The notes under the pieces: model-generated
Database searches by the model: none
Seen by the model: the letters and a program-made list of their open reading frames with translations, nothing else
What the model was told of the DNA's origin: nothing
Assembly (NCBI GenBank): GCA_905612305.1
Contig: CAJQRK010000007.1
Coordinates: 11,886-75,885, forward strand
Reading direction: 5' to 3'
Source of the DNA: an uncultured Flavobacteriales bacterium
Lineage (GTDB): Bacteria; Bacteroidota; Bacteroidia; Flavobacteriales; BACL11
Length of the DNA stretch: 64,000 bases
Program-made: the position numbers and the translations under genes
Shown here: piece by piece, positions 52,601 to 61,126 of the stretch
Numbering within the stretch: position 1 is the stretch's first letter
Layout of the letters: every line of letters begins with the position of its first letter

Positions 52601-53305
52601 TAGTGGAATATGTGAAATAGAATTTAAAAAGGCTTCAGCCGTTTGCCCAGACAATGTTCTTCCGCTTTCATCCGTAATTGTCCCTGAAACCATAATAGGA
52701 ATTCTTATCCCCTTTACTTCAAAAACATCCTCTATTGCAACTAATGCAGCCTTACAATTCAAAGTATCAAATACAGTTTCTACTAATAACAAATCTACTC
52801 TGCCATCTAGCAATCCATTTATCTGCTCGGTATATGCCTCTTTCAATTGATCAAAAGTAATATGTCTAAATGCAGGGTTTTCTACATCAGGAGAGATGGA
52901 TGCTGTTCGATTAGTTGGCCCAATTGCACCTGCAACAAATCTTGATTTTTCGCTAGTTGAACATTCAGTAGCTACCTCCTTTGCAATTTTAGCTGATTGA
53001 AAATTTAATTCATAAACTTCTGTTTCTAATTTATAATCTGCTTGTGCAATTGAGGTTCCACTAAAAGTATTTGTTTCAATTATATCAGCTCCAGCATCTA
53101 AATACTCTTTATGAATTGCTTTAATAACATCAGGACGAGTTATGGAAAGCAAATCATTATTACCTTTTAAATCATGAGAATGATTTTTAAACTCCTCTCC
53201 CCTGAAATCTTCTTCAGTAAGACTATACCTCTGAATCATAGTTCCCATTGCGCCATCAAGCACTAAAATACGTTCTGCTAATATTTCTTCTATTGTCTTA
53301 CTCAT
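49670..53305 (-). CDS. metH: cobalamin-dependent methionine synthase
   Basis: 1211 aa. Hcy-binding (..GGCCGTTP..), pterin-binding, B12-binding DxHxxG (GDVHDIGKN) and AdoMet-activation domains. Confidence 0.97.
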   Translation of the reverse strand: MSKTIEEILAERILVLDGAMGTMIQRYSLTEEDFRGEEFKNHSHDLKGNNDLLSITRPDVIKAIHKEYLDAGADIIETNTFSGTSIAQADYKLETEVYELNFQSAKIAKEVATECSTSEKSRFVAGAIGPTNRTASISPDVENPAFRHITFDQLKEAYTEQINGLLDGRVDLLLVETVFDTLNCKAALVAIEDVFEVKGIRIPIMVSGTITDESGRTLSGQTAEAFLNSISHIPLLSVGFNCALGTKAMRPYIRELAKKAPFYVSAYPNAGLPNEMGEYDESPAEMGAQLEDFMQSALVNIVGGCCGTTPDHISEFARIASKYTPRVIPVLSKAMRLSGLEAVTISQESNFANIGERTNVMGSLKFKRLIKEDNLEAALEVALHQVQGGAQAIDINMDDGMLEGQECMTHFLNLIGSDPDISKVPIMVDSSKWHIIEAGLKCIQGKGIVNSISLKEGEDVFRQHAETILKYGAAVVVMAFDEKGQAVDYKEKIRICERAYRILVDEIGFPAEDIIFDPNILTVATGIEEHNNYAVDFFKATKWIKENLPYAKVSGGVSNVSFSFRGNNIVREAMHSSFLYHAINNGMDMGIVNAGMIEVYEDVPKYLLKAVEDVILNKDDGATERLVDLADNIKGEGKKRVEDLSWREQSVEGRLSHALVKGIVAFIEQDTEEARLKSARPLDVIEGPLMDGMGVVGDLFGSGKMFLPQVVKSARVMKKAVAILTPYIEQGKTESSKAGKVLLATVKGDVHDIGKNILGVVLGCNNYEIIDLGVMVPANKILEEAKKNEVDVIGLSGLITPSLDEMIDVAKEMQRNDFKVPLMIGGATTSKIHTAVKINEHYNSNTVIHVLDASKAVGVTAKLIGKEQQSFRAGVAVEYDIIKRNYLNRKSEKEYVSIAKARENAAVTDWDKENLPTANQLGVQVFEDIDIATIRNYIDWTPFFFTWEMRKKYPAILEDKIFGEQAKQLLEDANAMLDNIIANNWLKAKAVIGVWSANSDGDDVYLYENKKKIATYNFLRQQGKKSKSNRCLSDFVAPLSSEKKDYIGSFVCTAGLGIEKQLAVFEKGHDDYNSIMLKAIADRLAEALTEYMHKKIRKEIWGYASDEVFKNEDLIKEEYKGIRPAPGYTACPDHTEKLKIFELLDAEKSIAVSLTESMAMKPASTVSGYYFAHPEAKYFSVGKVQDDQIKDYAKRKNMSIENVEKWLRSNI

Positions 53306-53360
53306 AAATTTAGTTTATAAGGCTTATTAAGAAAGATTGGGGTGGAGAATTTTATAATTC

Positions 53361-53460
53361 CTCTCATCTTCCTCCATTAAATGGAGTGGGATTTGGCACC
53401 TTGCATTTTCAAGGTTGCCAAGACATCATAGGGCCCATCCCTCAGTCTTTCTTGATAAGT
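53361..53460 (-). promoter_or_regulatory. SAM-I (S-box) riboswitch aptamer controlling metH-metF
   Basis: The minus strand reads CUUAUCAAGAAAGACUGAGGGAUGGGCCCUAUGAUGUCUUGGCAACCUUGAAAAUGCAAGGUGCCAAAUCCCACUCCAUUUAAUGGAGGAAGAUGAGAG. It has the conserved S-box blocks UUAUCAAGA, GAGGGA, GGCCC, UGA, GGCAACC, GGUGCCAA and AGAUGAG, with P1-P4 pairing. It lies 55 nt upstream of the metH ATG. Confidence 0.9.
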
Positions 53461-53515
53461 AAGTTACAAATAAAAACAAAAAAATTAAAAATAATGACAA
53501 TTTTAAAAAAATTTA

Positions 53516-53523
53516 TAAATTTG
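53516..53523 (+). promoter_or_regulatory. candidate -7 box for metK
   Basis: TAAATTTG, 117 nt upstream of the ATG at 53641. Confidence 0.35.
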
Positions 53524-53539
53524 CCGAAAATAAGTGGAT

Positions 53540-53609
53540 AGATTTGGCCTATTGCAACCACTAAAAAAAATGCTAAAAAGTATCTCTTTAGCATATCTTA
53601 GCCAAATCT
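53540..53609 (+). promoter_or_regulatory. structured 5' leader of metK (nested helices); candidate riboswitch or regulatory RNA
   Basis: Outer helix AGATTTGGC(C)TA 53540-51 pairs with TAGCCAAATCT 53599-609. Inner perfect 8-bp hairpin ATGCTAAA 53570-77 pairs with TTTAGCAT 53587-94. An A8 run lies between them. No terminator T-tract. Confidence 0.4.
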
Positions 53610-53640
53610 TCCTTTAAAATTAATTTATAAATTTAAGAAG

Positions 53641-54900
53641 ATGTCATATTATTTCACGTCAGAGTCCGTTTCAGAAGGACATCCAGACAAAGTAGCCGAT
53701 CAAATTTCAGATGCATTATTAGATAATTTTTTAGCCCAAGACCCTAATTCAAAGGTAGCTTGTGAGACTTTAGTAACTACAGGGCTAACTATATTAAGTG
53801 GAGAGGTGAAAACAGAAGGCTATATTGATGTACAAAAAGTAGCGCGGGAGGTAATTCGTAAAATTGGTTATGTAAAATCAGAATACCAATTTGATGCTGA
53901 TAGCTGCGGAGTAATTTCTGCTATTCATGAACAATCAGCAGACATTAGGCAAGGGGTAACTGAAGGAGAAGGATTAAATAAAGAGCAAGGCGCTGGAGAT
54001 CAAGGAATGATGTTTGGCTATGCTACAAATGAAACAGAAAACCTAATGCCCTTAGCCTTAGATATTTCTCATAAACTACTGATTGAATTAGCGGATGTCA
54101 GAAAAGCAGGTAAAGAAATGACTTACCTACGTCCAGATTCAAAATCGCAGGTTACTTTGGAGTACAATGACGATCATACACCAAAAAGGATTACGGATAT
54201 TGTAGTATCTACTCAGCATGATGATTTTGCAGATGAAAAACCTATGCAGGAACAAATTGAAAAAGATGTAAAAAATATATTAATCCCTAGAATTAAAAGC
54301 CAATTATCTGAAATAAATAGAGCGCTTTTTGGCACTGAAAAATACCATGTTAATCCTACAGGAAAATTTGTAATTGGAGGGCCACATGGTGACACAGGAC
54401 TTACAGGTAGAAAAATTATTGTTGATACTTATGGTGGGAAAGGTGCGCATGGTGGTGGTGCTTTTTCAGGCAAAGACCCAAGTAAAGTAGATCGTTCAGC
54501 AGCTTATGCAACAAGACATATTGCTAAAAACTTAGTTGCAGCAGGAGTGGCAGAAAGAATATTAGTACAAGTAAGTTATGCTATTGGAGTAGCTGAGCCA
54601 ATGGGTATTTTTGTAGACACTTATGGCACTGCAAAAGTCAACCTATCAGATGGGAAAATTGCTGAAATCGCAAAAGGAATGGCTTGTTTTAACCTTAAAC
54701 CAGCTTCTATTATAAGCCGATTAAAATTAAAACAACCTATTTATTCTGAAACTGCTGCTTACGGGCACATGGGGAGAAAATCTGAAACAAAAACTGTTAC
54801 GTTTACCATTGGGAAAAATGAAAAAGAATTTGAGGTAGAAACATTTACTTGGGAAAAACTAGATTGTCAAGCTGAAGTAAAAACTGCTTTTAGTTTATAG
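53641..54900 (+). CDS. metK: S-adenosylmethionine synthetase
   Basis: 419 aa with signatures [12 protein letters not shown] and [16 protein letters not shown]. Confidence 0.98.
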   Translation: MSYYFTSESVSEGHPDKVADQISDALLDNFLAQDPNSKVACETLVTTGLTILSGEVKTEGYIDVQKVAREVIRKIGYVKSEYQFDADSCGVISAIHEQSADIRQGVTEGEGLNKEQGAGDQGMMFGYATNETENLMPLALDISHKLLIELADVRKAGKEMTYLRPDSKSQVTLEYNDDHTPKRITDIVVSTQHDDFADEKPMQEQIEKDVKNILIPRIKSQLSEINRALFGTEKYHVNPTGKFVIGGPHGDTGLTGRKIIVDTYGGKGAHGGGAFSGKDPSKVDRSAAYATRHIAKNLVAAGVAERILVQVSYAIGVAEPMGIFVDTYGTAKVNLSDGKIAEIAKGMACFNLKPASIISRLKLKQPIYSETAAYGHMGRKSETKTVTFTIGKNEKEFEVETFTWEKLDCQAEVKTAFSL

Positions 54901-54920
54901 GAAAAAAATATTATTTTTAA

Positions 54921-54946
54921 GGTCGCATTTATGCGGCCTTTTTTAT
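54921..54946 (+). terminator. Rho-independent terminator after metK
   Basis: GGTCGCA-ttta-TGCGGCC (7 bp including one G-U) followed by TTTTTT. Confidence 0.75.
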
Positions 54947-54956
54947 TACGTAATTT

Positions 54957-57900
54957 ATGAGAAAAATACTATTCCTTCTTTTTATCACTTTCCAGTTCTC
55001 AGTGTTTTCACAAGTGGAAATGCAATACAATACTAATACTGAAGGTTTACCAAATTGGGTACAACTAATATATGCAGAAAATCCAGATGAAGGAGCTGTC
55101 ATTCAAGCCTACAGAAGTTATTATAAAAGCCATAAATTAGTAAAAAATAAACATACTCAATACTATAAAAGATGGGTCCGAAATCTAAGTAGAACTACTA
55201 CTGTTCCTCAAACCCTGACAAATTCAAAAAGCAGTAACCAATGGGAATGTGTAGGTCCTTGGGATTTTGATAAAGATGCGGCAAGTAGAAGTTACGCCCC
55301 CGGTTCAGCACATGTTTATACAGTGGAACAATCAGTCAGTAATCCGAATATTTTATATGCAGGAAGTGCAACTGCTGGGGCTTGGAAAACTATCGACAAA
55401 GGCGCTAACTGGAACTTAATAACTAGTAATTTAGCGCTAAATGGAGTATATGCAATTGAAATAGATTTTACTAACCCAGAAATTATCTACATTAGTGGCA
55501 ATGGAGGAATTTACAAATCATATGATGGAGGAGTAAACTGGACAGTTATTGGAGATGCATCTTTTACCAACCTTTCCCATTCTACTAAAGACATAAAACT
55601 AAAACCAACAAATAATATGGAGCTCTTTGTGGCCTCTGATGAAGGATTATATCATTCATTGGATGGAGGGCTAAATTTTACTCAAGTAATGAGTGGTGAA
55701 TTTTTAGAAATTGAGTTTCATCCTAACTCAGCTGACACCATGTATTTTATAAGAAAAAGTGGAGATAAAACTGAATTTTATCGCTCTGATGATGGAGGAA
55801 TTACATTAATCAATTTCACAAATGGCTGGCCTAATCCTGGAACTGGAGATGATCAAAAAAGAACAGAAATTGCAGTTAGCCCTGCAGCACCAAATAAAAT
55901 TGTTGCATTAGCAACAGGTTCTGCAAATGGAGGAAGTGGTCTTTATGGAATTTATATAAGTTATGATAAAGGAGAAAATTGGTCTTTCCAGTGTTGCGGC
56001 TCACAACCAGCCGGAGTGCCATCTGCAACAAATATTAATATGATGGGGTGGCAACCAAGTGGCCTAGATGATGGAGGTCAATATTATTACGATTTAGCGC
56101 TTGCAGTAAACCCAAATAATGCGGATAGTATTCATGTAGCAGGTGTGAATCAATGGATATCTGCAGATAATGGTATAACTTTCACTTGTCCTGCGAAATG
56201 GAGCGAACCACATAAAAAAGGATATGTTCATGCAGACATTCATGATATCAACTACTTTGGAAATGACTTATGGTTTGCTTGTGATGGAGGAATATTCTAT
56301 TCCGATAATGCAGGCGATAGTACTTACAAAAAGCAGTATGGAATTGCAGGAACAGACTTTTGGGGTTTTGGTGCAGGATTCAAGGATGGAAATGTAATGC
56401 TTGGTGGAGCTTATCATAATGGTACTCTTCTAAAAGATAACAACACATATATAAACGATTGGATTTGTACAGATGGCGGTGATGGAATAAGAGGGTTTGT
56501 AAATTTCGGCAACCCTAGAATAGCTTATAGTGATTATGGAGGCAAAACACTTTCAGGAGACAGAACGGTTAACATTGCCTCCTTACCTTTAGATAAAAAA
56601 CCAAATGCCTCCTATATTATTGGAGAATCATCCCAAATGGAATTTGACCCAAGATGTCATAATTGGAGCTATATTGGTAATGACACTAGCCTTTGGTTAT
56701 CTAAAAACAATGGAGCTTCTTATTCGGCAGTTCATCATTTTAACGAAAAAATAACGGCAGTGGAGGTAGCTTGGAGTAACCCAGATGTTATCTATGTAGC
56801 CACTTGGGAAAGCTGGTGGGGAAATAAAAAAATCTATAGAACTAATGATGCTGGGCAAACTTGGGTGGACATCACTCCTACTAATATAAGCGGGCAAGCT
56901 TGGATTCCGTATGATATCACCATAAGTAGTTATGATGAAAATACGCTTTGGATTGCTAGGTGTTCTATGTATGGTGGCGTACAAGATGCTCAAGGAGAGG
57001 AAGTATTTAAATCAATAAGTGGTGGGCAGAATTGGATAAACTGGAGTACCCCAGCACTTGACAATATAAATGCTACCAATATTGAACATCAAAGAGGAAG
57101 TAATGGAGGTGTATATCTTGGTACGAGAGATGCTGTTTATTACCGAAATAATAGCATGAATGATTGGGATATTTACGATAATAACTTGCCTAAAAGCACT
57201 ACATCTACTCAGTTAATCCCTTATTATCGTGAAGGGCTTTTACGAAATGGAACCAACAGAAGTGCATTCGAAATCGACTTCTATGAAGACACACCTCCAT
57301 CAGCACAAATTGCTGCTAACAGATTAGAAATTAATTGCATGAATGATACCGTTCGTTTTGTAGATCATTCGGCTATAAGGCTAAGCAGTGCTACTTGGCA
57401 ATGGTCTTTTCCTGGAGGAACGCCAAGTAGTTCGTCTTTGGAAGATCCAATAGTGGTGTACACTCAGCCAGGAACTTATGATGTAAGCTTAACTGTTACG
57501 GATGTTTTTGGGACAAATATGCAAACCATTAACAATTTTATTACTTATACAGATTCTGTTTTTCCGATCACAAATACAACTTCATTGTATGAAGGTTTTG
57601 ATTCAGGAAACTTCCCTCCTATAGCTTGGGAAACCCCTCCTGCTATTTTTTCATGGCAAAGTATTGATATTGATACAGGTATGAATTGTCAACCAAATAC
57701 AGTTGCGTATGTCAACCATTACTGGATTAATGAAAGAGGAGAAGAAGCTTCCTTAATTTCAAAAAAAATAAAACTAGGGGGAGGTAATTCTGCTCAAAAT
57801 TGGCTGACTTATGATTATGCTTATTGCGGATTTAGCGGCTATGCAGATGGTTTTCGGATTGAAATTTCTACTGATTGTGGGGCAACTTGGGATTCTATTT

Positions 57901-58361
57901 ATGGAGCAAGCGGAACGGCCTTGCAAACCACAAGCTATGTAAATAGTCCTTGGTATCCTACGTGTGGTTCTTGGAAAACTGATAGTTTGGATTTAACTTC
58001 TTTTGGATATAATGGAGATACCATTATGGTAGGTTTTGTAGCTATTAATGATTATGGAAATCGCTTTTTCATGGATAATGTAAACATTAATGGACAAAAT
58101 ATCTTGGTGATTGAAGAAGGAGAAAGCAATACTTTCCATACTTCTATTTACCCTAACCCAACTAAAGGTGTTTTTAACATCAGAACTGATGCAAATAAAC
58201 TAGAAGTTGAGATATATAACCTAATGGGAGGACTTACAACTAGTAGAATAGTTAGAAATGGATTACAACAAGTTAACCTTAGTAGTCATGCAAAAGGAAT
58301 TTATTTTGTAAAACTGAAAAGTGGTAGAAAAACTGAGCAAAGGAAATTGATTCTTCAGTAA
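54957..58361 (+). CDS. secreted BNR/Asp-box beta-propeller protein with PKD domain, choice-of-anchor-J-like domain and T9SS type A sorting domain
   Basis: 1134 aa. Signal peptide MRKILFLLFITFQFSVFS. About 9 Asp-box-like S-x-D-x-G-x-x-W motifs (SYDGGVNW, SYDKGENW, TNDAGQTW, SISGGQNW...). PKD segment (WSFPGGTP..GTYDVSLTVTD). C-terminus ..SIYPNPTKGVFNI...GIYFVKLKSG..KLILQ. Confidence 0.8.
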   Translation: MRKILFLLFITFQFSVFSQVEMQYNTNTEGLPNWVQLIYAENPDEGAVIQAYRSYYKSHKLVKNKHTQYYKRWVRNLSRTTTVPQTLTNSKSSNQWECVGPWDFDKDAASRSYAPGSAHVYTVEQSVSNPNILYAGSATAGAWKTIDKGANWNLITSNLALNGVYAIEIDFTNPEIIYISGNGGIYKSYDGGVNWTVIGDASFTNLSHSTKDIKLKPTNNMELFVASDEGLYHSLDGGLNFTQVMSGEFLEIEFHPNSADTMYFIRKSGDKTEFYRSDDGGITLINFTNGWPNPGTGDDQKRTEIAVSPAAPNKIVALATGSANGGSGLYGIYISYDKGENWSFQCCGSQPAGVPSATNINMMGWQPSGLDDGGQYYYDLALAVNPNNADSIHVAGVNQWISADNGITFTCPAKWSEPHKKGYVHADIHDINYFGNDLWFACDGGIFYSDNAGDSTYKKQYGIAGTDFWGFGAGFKDGNVMLGGAYHNGTLLKDNNTYINDWICTDGGDGIRGFVNFGNPRIAYSDYGGKTLSGDRTVNIASLPLDKKPNASYIIGESSQMEFDPRCHNWSYIGNDTSLWLSKNNGASYSAVHHFNEKITAVEVAWSNPDVIYVATWESWWGNKKIYRTNDAGQTWVDITPTNISGQAWIPYDITISSYDENTLWIARCSMYGGVQDAQGEEVFKSISGGQNWINWSTPALDNINATNIEHQRGSNGGVYLGTRDAVYYRNNSMNDWDIYDNNLPKSTTSTQLIPYYREGLLRNGTNRSAFEIDFYEDTPPSAQIAANRLEINCMNDTVRFVDHSAIRLSSATWQWSFPGGTPSSSSLEDPIVVYTQPGTYDVSLTVTDVFGTNMQTINNFITYTDSVFPITNTTSLYEGFDSGNFPPIAWETPPAIFSWQSIDIDTGMNCQPNTVAYVNHYWINERGEEASLISKKIKLGGGNSAQNWLTYDYAYCGFSGYADGFRIEISTDCGATWDSIYGASGTALQTTSYVNSPWYPTCGSWKTDSLDLTSFGYNGDTIMVGFVAINDYGNRFFMDNVNINGQNILVIEEGESNTFHTSIYPNPTKGVFNIRTDANKLEVEIYNLMGGLTTSRIVRNGLQQVNLSSHAKGIYFVKLKSGRKTEQRKLILQ

Positions 58362-58392
58362 ATAAAAAAAGCCAAGCAAATACTTGGCTTTC
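58362..58392. terminator. bidirectional terminator between convergent ORF 54957 and lpdA
   Basis: AGCCAAG-caaata-CTTGGCT, flanked by A9 upstream (T-run on the minus strand, strong for lpdA) and TTCTCATT downstream. Confidence 0.7.
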
Positions 58393-58418
58393 TCATTATA
58401 TTTATATCATTTAGTAGT

Positions 58419-59804
58419 CTAAATGTGGATCACTTCATCATAAGCATCAGCAACAGCTTCCATCACAGCTTCACTCATAGTTGGATGCGGATGAATAGCT
58501 TTTAATATCTCATGTCCAGTAGTTTCTAATTTACGAGCAACTACTGCTTCAGCGATCAATTCCGTAACATTATATCCTATCATATGGCAACCTAACCATT
58601 CGCCATATTTAGCATCAAAAATAACTTTTACAAAGCCATCTTTATGCCCTGCAGCAGATGCTTTACCAGATGCAGTAAAAGGGAATTTCCCTACTTTAAT
58701 TTCATGTCCCGCTTCTTTGGCTGCTGCCTCAGTCATTCCTACTGATGCAATCTCTGGGCTAGAATAAGTACATCCAGGAATATTACCATAATCAATTGGT
58801 TCAGGATTGTGCCCTGCAATTTTCTCTACACAAGTAATTCCCTCAGCAGAAGCAACATGAGCAAGAGCTTGAGTTGACAATACATCGCCAATCGCATAAT
58901 AGCCATTTACATTTGTGTTGTAGTAATCATCTACTAAGATTTTTCCTTTATCTGTTTTAATCCCTACTTCTTCCAATCCAATATTCTCAATATTTGCGAC
59001 AATTCCAACAGCAGAAAGAACGACATCACACTCAATAGTTTCTTCCCCAGCTTTAGTTTTTATAAGCACTTTACATCCAGCGCCTTTAGTGTCTACTTTC
59101 TCCACTGATGAGTTAGTCATTACCTTAATCCCTGACTTTTTGAATGATTTTTGTAATTGTTTAGAGATATCAACATCCTCAACAGGAACAATATTTGGCA
59201 TAAACTCAACTACTGTTACATCCACCCCCATTGCATTGTAGAAATAAGCAAACTCTACACCAATCGCTCCTGAACCAACAATTACCATTTTTTTAGGTGC
59301 AATAGATAAGGAAAGTGCATCACGGTAAGCAATTACTTTTTTGCCATCTTGTGGTAAATTTGGCAATGCTCTACTTCTAGCGCCTGTTGCTATAATAATA
59401 TGTTTAGCAGAATAATCAGCAGATTTTCCATCAGCAGTAACTGAAACTTTATTTCCTGGTTTTACTTTTCCAAAACCATAGATAACCTCCACTTTATTCT
59501 TTTTAAGTAAATACGCAATTCCGTTACTCATTCCATCAGCAACATCTCTACTTCTTTTTATAATGGCAGGGAAATCAGCATCTGCACCTTTTACATTAAT
59601 TCCGTAATCTTCAGCATGGCTAATGTACTCAAATACTTGGGCAGATTTTAAAAGCGCTTTGGTTGGAATGCATCCCCAGTTTAAGCAAACTCCTCCTAAG
59701 CTTTCTTTCTCAACAACTGCCACTTTCAATCCTAATTGTGACGCTCGAATAGCTGTTACATAACCTCCAGGACCACTTCCTAATACAATAACATCATAGT
59801 TCAT
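58419..59804 (-). CDS. lpdA: dihydrolipoyl dehydrogenase
   Basis: 461 aa. FAD motif GSGPGGY, redox-active disulfide GGVCLNWGCIPTK, and C-terminal HPHPTMSE interface motif. Confidence 0.96.
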   Translation of the reverse strand: MNYDVIVLGSGPGGYVTAIRASQLGLKVAVVEKESLGGVCLNWGCIPTKALLKSAQVFEYISHAEDYGINVKGADADFPAIIKRSRDVADGMSNGIAYLLKKNKVEVIYGFGKVKPGNKVSVTADGKSADYSAKHIIIATGARSRALPNLPQDGKKVIAYRDALSLSIAPKKMVIVGSGAIGVEFAYFYNAMGVDVTVVEFMPNIVPVEDVDISKQLQKSFKKSGIKVMTNSSVEKVDTKGAGCKVLIKTKAGEETIECDVVLSAVGIVANIENIGLEEVGIKTDKGKILVDDYYNTNVNGYYAIGDVLSTQALAHVASAEGITCVEKIAGHNPEPIDYGNIPGCTYSSPEIASVGMTEAAAKEAGHEIKVGKFPFTASGKASAAGHKDGFVKVIFDAKYGEWLGCHMIGYNVTELIAEAVVARKLETTGHEILKAIHPHPTMSEAVMEAVADAYDEVIHI

Positions 59805-59805
59805 T

Positions 59806-61026
59806 TTACGATTTTTTTAAATTTTTATTTAAGATTGCAATATTAAATAAAACATCTTGAACTGATATATCGTTCATACATCTTTTTTCTCTACTACAAG
59901 AGTTTCCAAAATAGCAATCACAACCAGAACTAGGTTCAATAATCATCCCTCTTCCATACAATTCAAATTCATGCACATTAAAGATGTTATGAAACAACAT
60001 CATTTGCTTTTGAAGAGCTAAAGCAATGTGCATCATCATGCTTACTGGCGTTACAATTATTTCTGTATTATTAGTAATTGCAATGAATTCTTCCAAGCTA
60101 AAAGTGCCCAAGTAAGTTGCTTTAGTTTGCGACTGATAATATCTATTCATCTCATCTTCATCAGGGCCGCCCATTAGTAAACAGAAATAACCTTCTTTTT
60201 CTAAATCCTTAATGAGATCCACCCAATATTCTTTAGGCCAAAGGCGTGTTTTCCATCGTTCTCCACATCCTGTATTAAGCCCAATTATCGTTTTATCTTT
60301 GGCTAACTTTGCTAATTCCTCACTCCATTTTTTACTTAAACTTTCATTTAAATTAATCATGTACTCCTCCTTATTGAACTCAAAATGGCAGATTTCAAAA
60401 ATCTCTTCCAAATAGTTCTTTGTATTATTTTTGGAAATATGATCAAAAAAGCCTGTAATCAATTTGTGTTCGGCTTTATCAGTAGCAGTATTGATATGCC
60501 CATCCTTCCATATAAAACCAAATTTATCTCTAGCATCTACATGAGTAAGTAGTATACACGCTTCTTTGTCTTTATCCAGGTTTATAGCAATATCAAATTC
60601 TTGATCTGCCACAGCAGAAACAGAAGACACGTCCCATTTATAAATTACATCTACCTCATCTTTTGGCACTACTTGAGGACTATGGGTAATCCAAGTAAAA
60701 TGGCAATTACCATATTCCTTTTTATATTTTTCTAATAAAGGTGTTGTTCTTATAACATCACCAATTGCTCCTAATTTTATAAATAATATTCTAGTTGCTT
60801 GTGTTTGTATTTTAGGGGTTTCTTCTATTAATTCCTGTGTAGAAAAATTACAAATCTTAAAAATCTCTTGTAATAAAGCTTTCTTAGTATCTAAAAAAAT
60901 AATAGCTGATTGACTTGCATCATAATGAGAACAATCATCACATTGCACATCAAATTGTTTATTTGGTTTGCATGGGATATGTCCTTCAAAATGGCTGCAA
61001 TCATATTTCACTGCTTCTTTCTTCAT
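59806..61026 (-). CDS. glycosyltransferase family 9 (heptosyltransferase-like) protein with terminal Cys clusters
   Basis: GT9 N-terminal motif ILFIKLGAIGDVIRTTPLL. ATG at 61026 (MKKEAVKYDCSHF..) is preferred because the track's TTG start at 61059 lies upstream of a -7 box at 61047-54. The stop abuts the lpdA start. Confidence 0.65.
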   Translation of the reverse strand: MKKEAVKYDCSHFEGHIPCKPNKQFDVQCDDCSHYDASQSAIIFLDTKKALLQEIFKICNFSTQELIEETPKIQTQATRILFIKLGAIGDVIRTTPLLEKYKKEYGNCHFTWITHSPQVVPKDEVDVIYKWDVSSVSAVADQEFDIAINLDKDKEACILLTHVDARDKFGFIWKDGHINTATDKAEHKLITGFFDHISKNNTKNYLEEIFEICHFEFNKEEYMINLNESLSKKWSEELAKLAKDKTIIGLNTGCGERWKTRLWPKEYWVDLIKDLEKEGYFCLLMGGPDEDEMNRYYQSQTKATYLGTFSLEEFIAITNNTEIIVTPVSMMMHIALALQKQMMLFHNIFNVHEFELYGRGMIIEPSSGCDCYFGNSCSREKRCMNDISVQDVLFNIAILNKNLKKS

Positions 61027-61046
61027 GCTTTCTTCTAGTTTTCCTG

Positions 61047-61054
61047 CAAATGTA
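61047..61054 (-). promoter_or_regulatory. candidate -7 box for GT9-lpdA
   Basis: The minus strand reads TACATTTG, 20 nt upstream of the ATG at 61026. Confidence 0.35.
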
Positions 61055-61101
61055 AACAAAATGTATCATTTGTTATAAGAGACCAAACACCTTAAAATTT
61101 G

Positions 61102-61109
61102 TAAGTTTG
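61102..61109 (+). promoter_or_regulatory. candidate -7 box for the M61 peptidase operon
   Basis: TAAGTTTG, 17 nt upstream of the ATG at 61127. Confidence 0.35.
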
Positions 61110-61126
61110 CAACTTAAATCTTTACA

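Noticed and set aside
50277-52850. Plus-strand ORFs inside metH (50277..50498, 50411..50635, 50759..51079, 50814..51008, 51411..51659, 52569..52850).
   Set aside because: They are antisense to a full-length, domain-complete methionine synthase gene, so they are shadow ORFs.
53306-53470. Expectation of a cobalamin riboswitch or T-box upstream of metH.
   Set aside because: The leader sequence matches the SAM-I (S-box) core block by block instead. No B12-box-like sequence or T-box specifier/antiterminator was seen.
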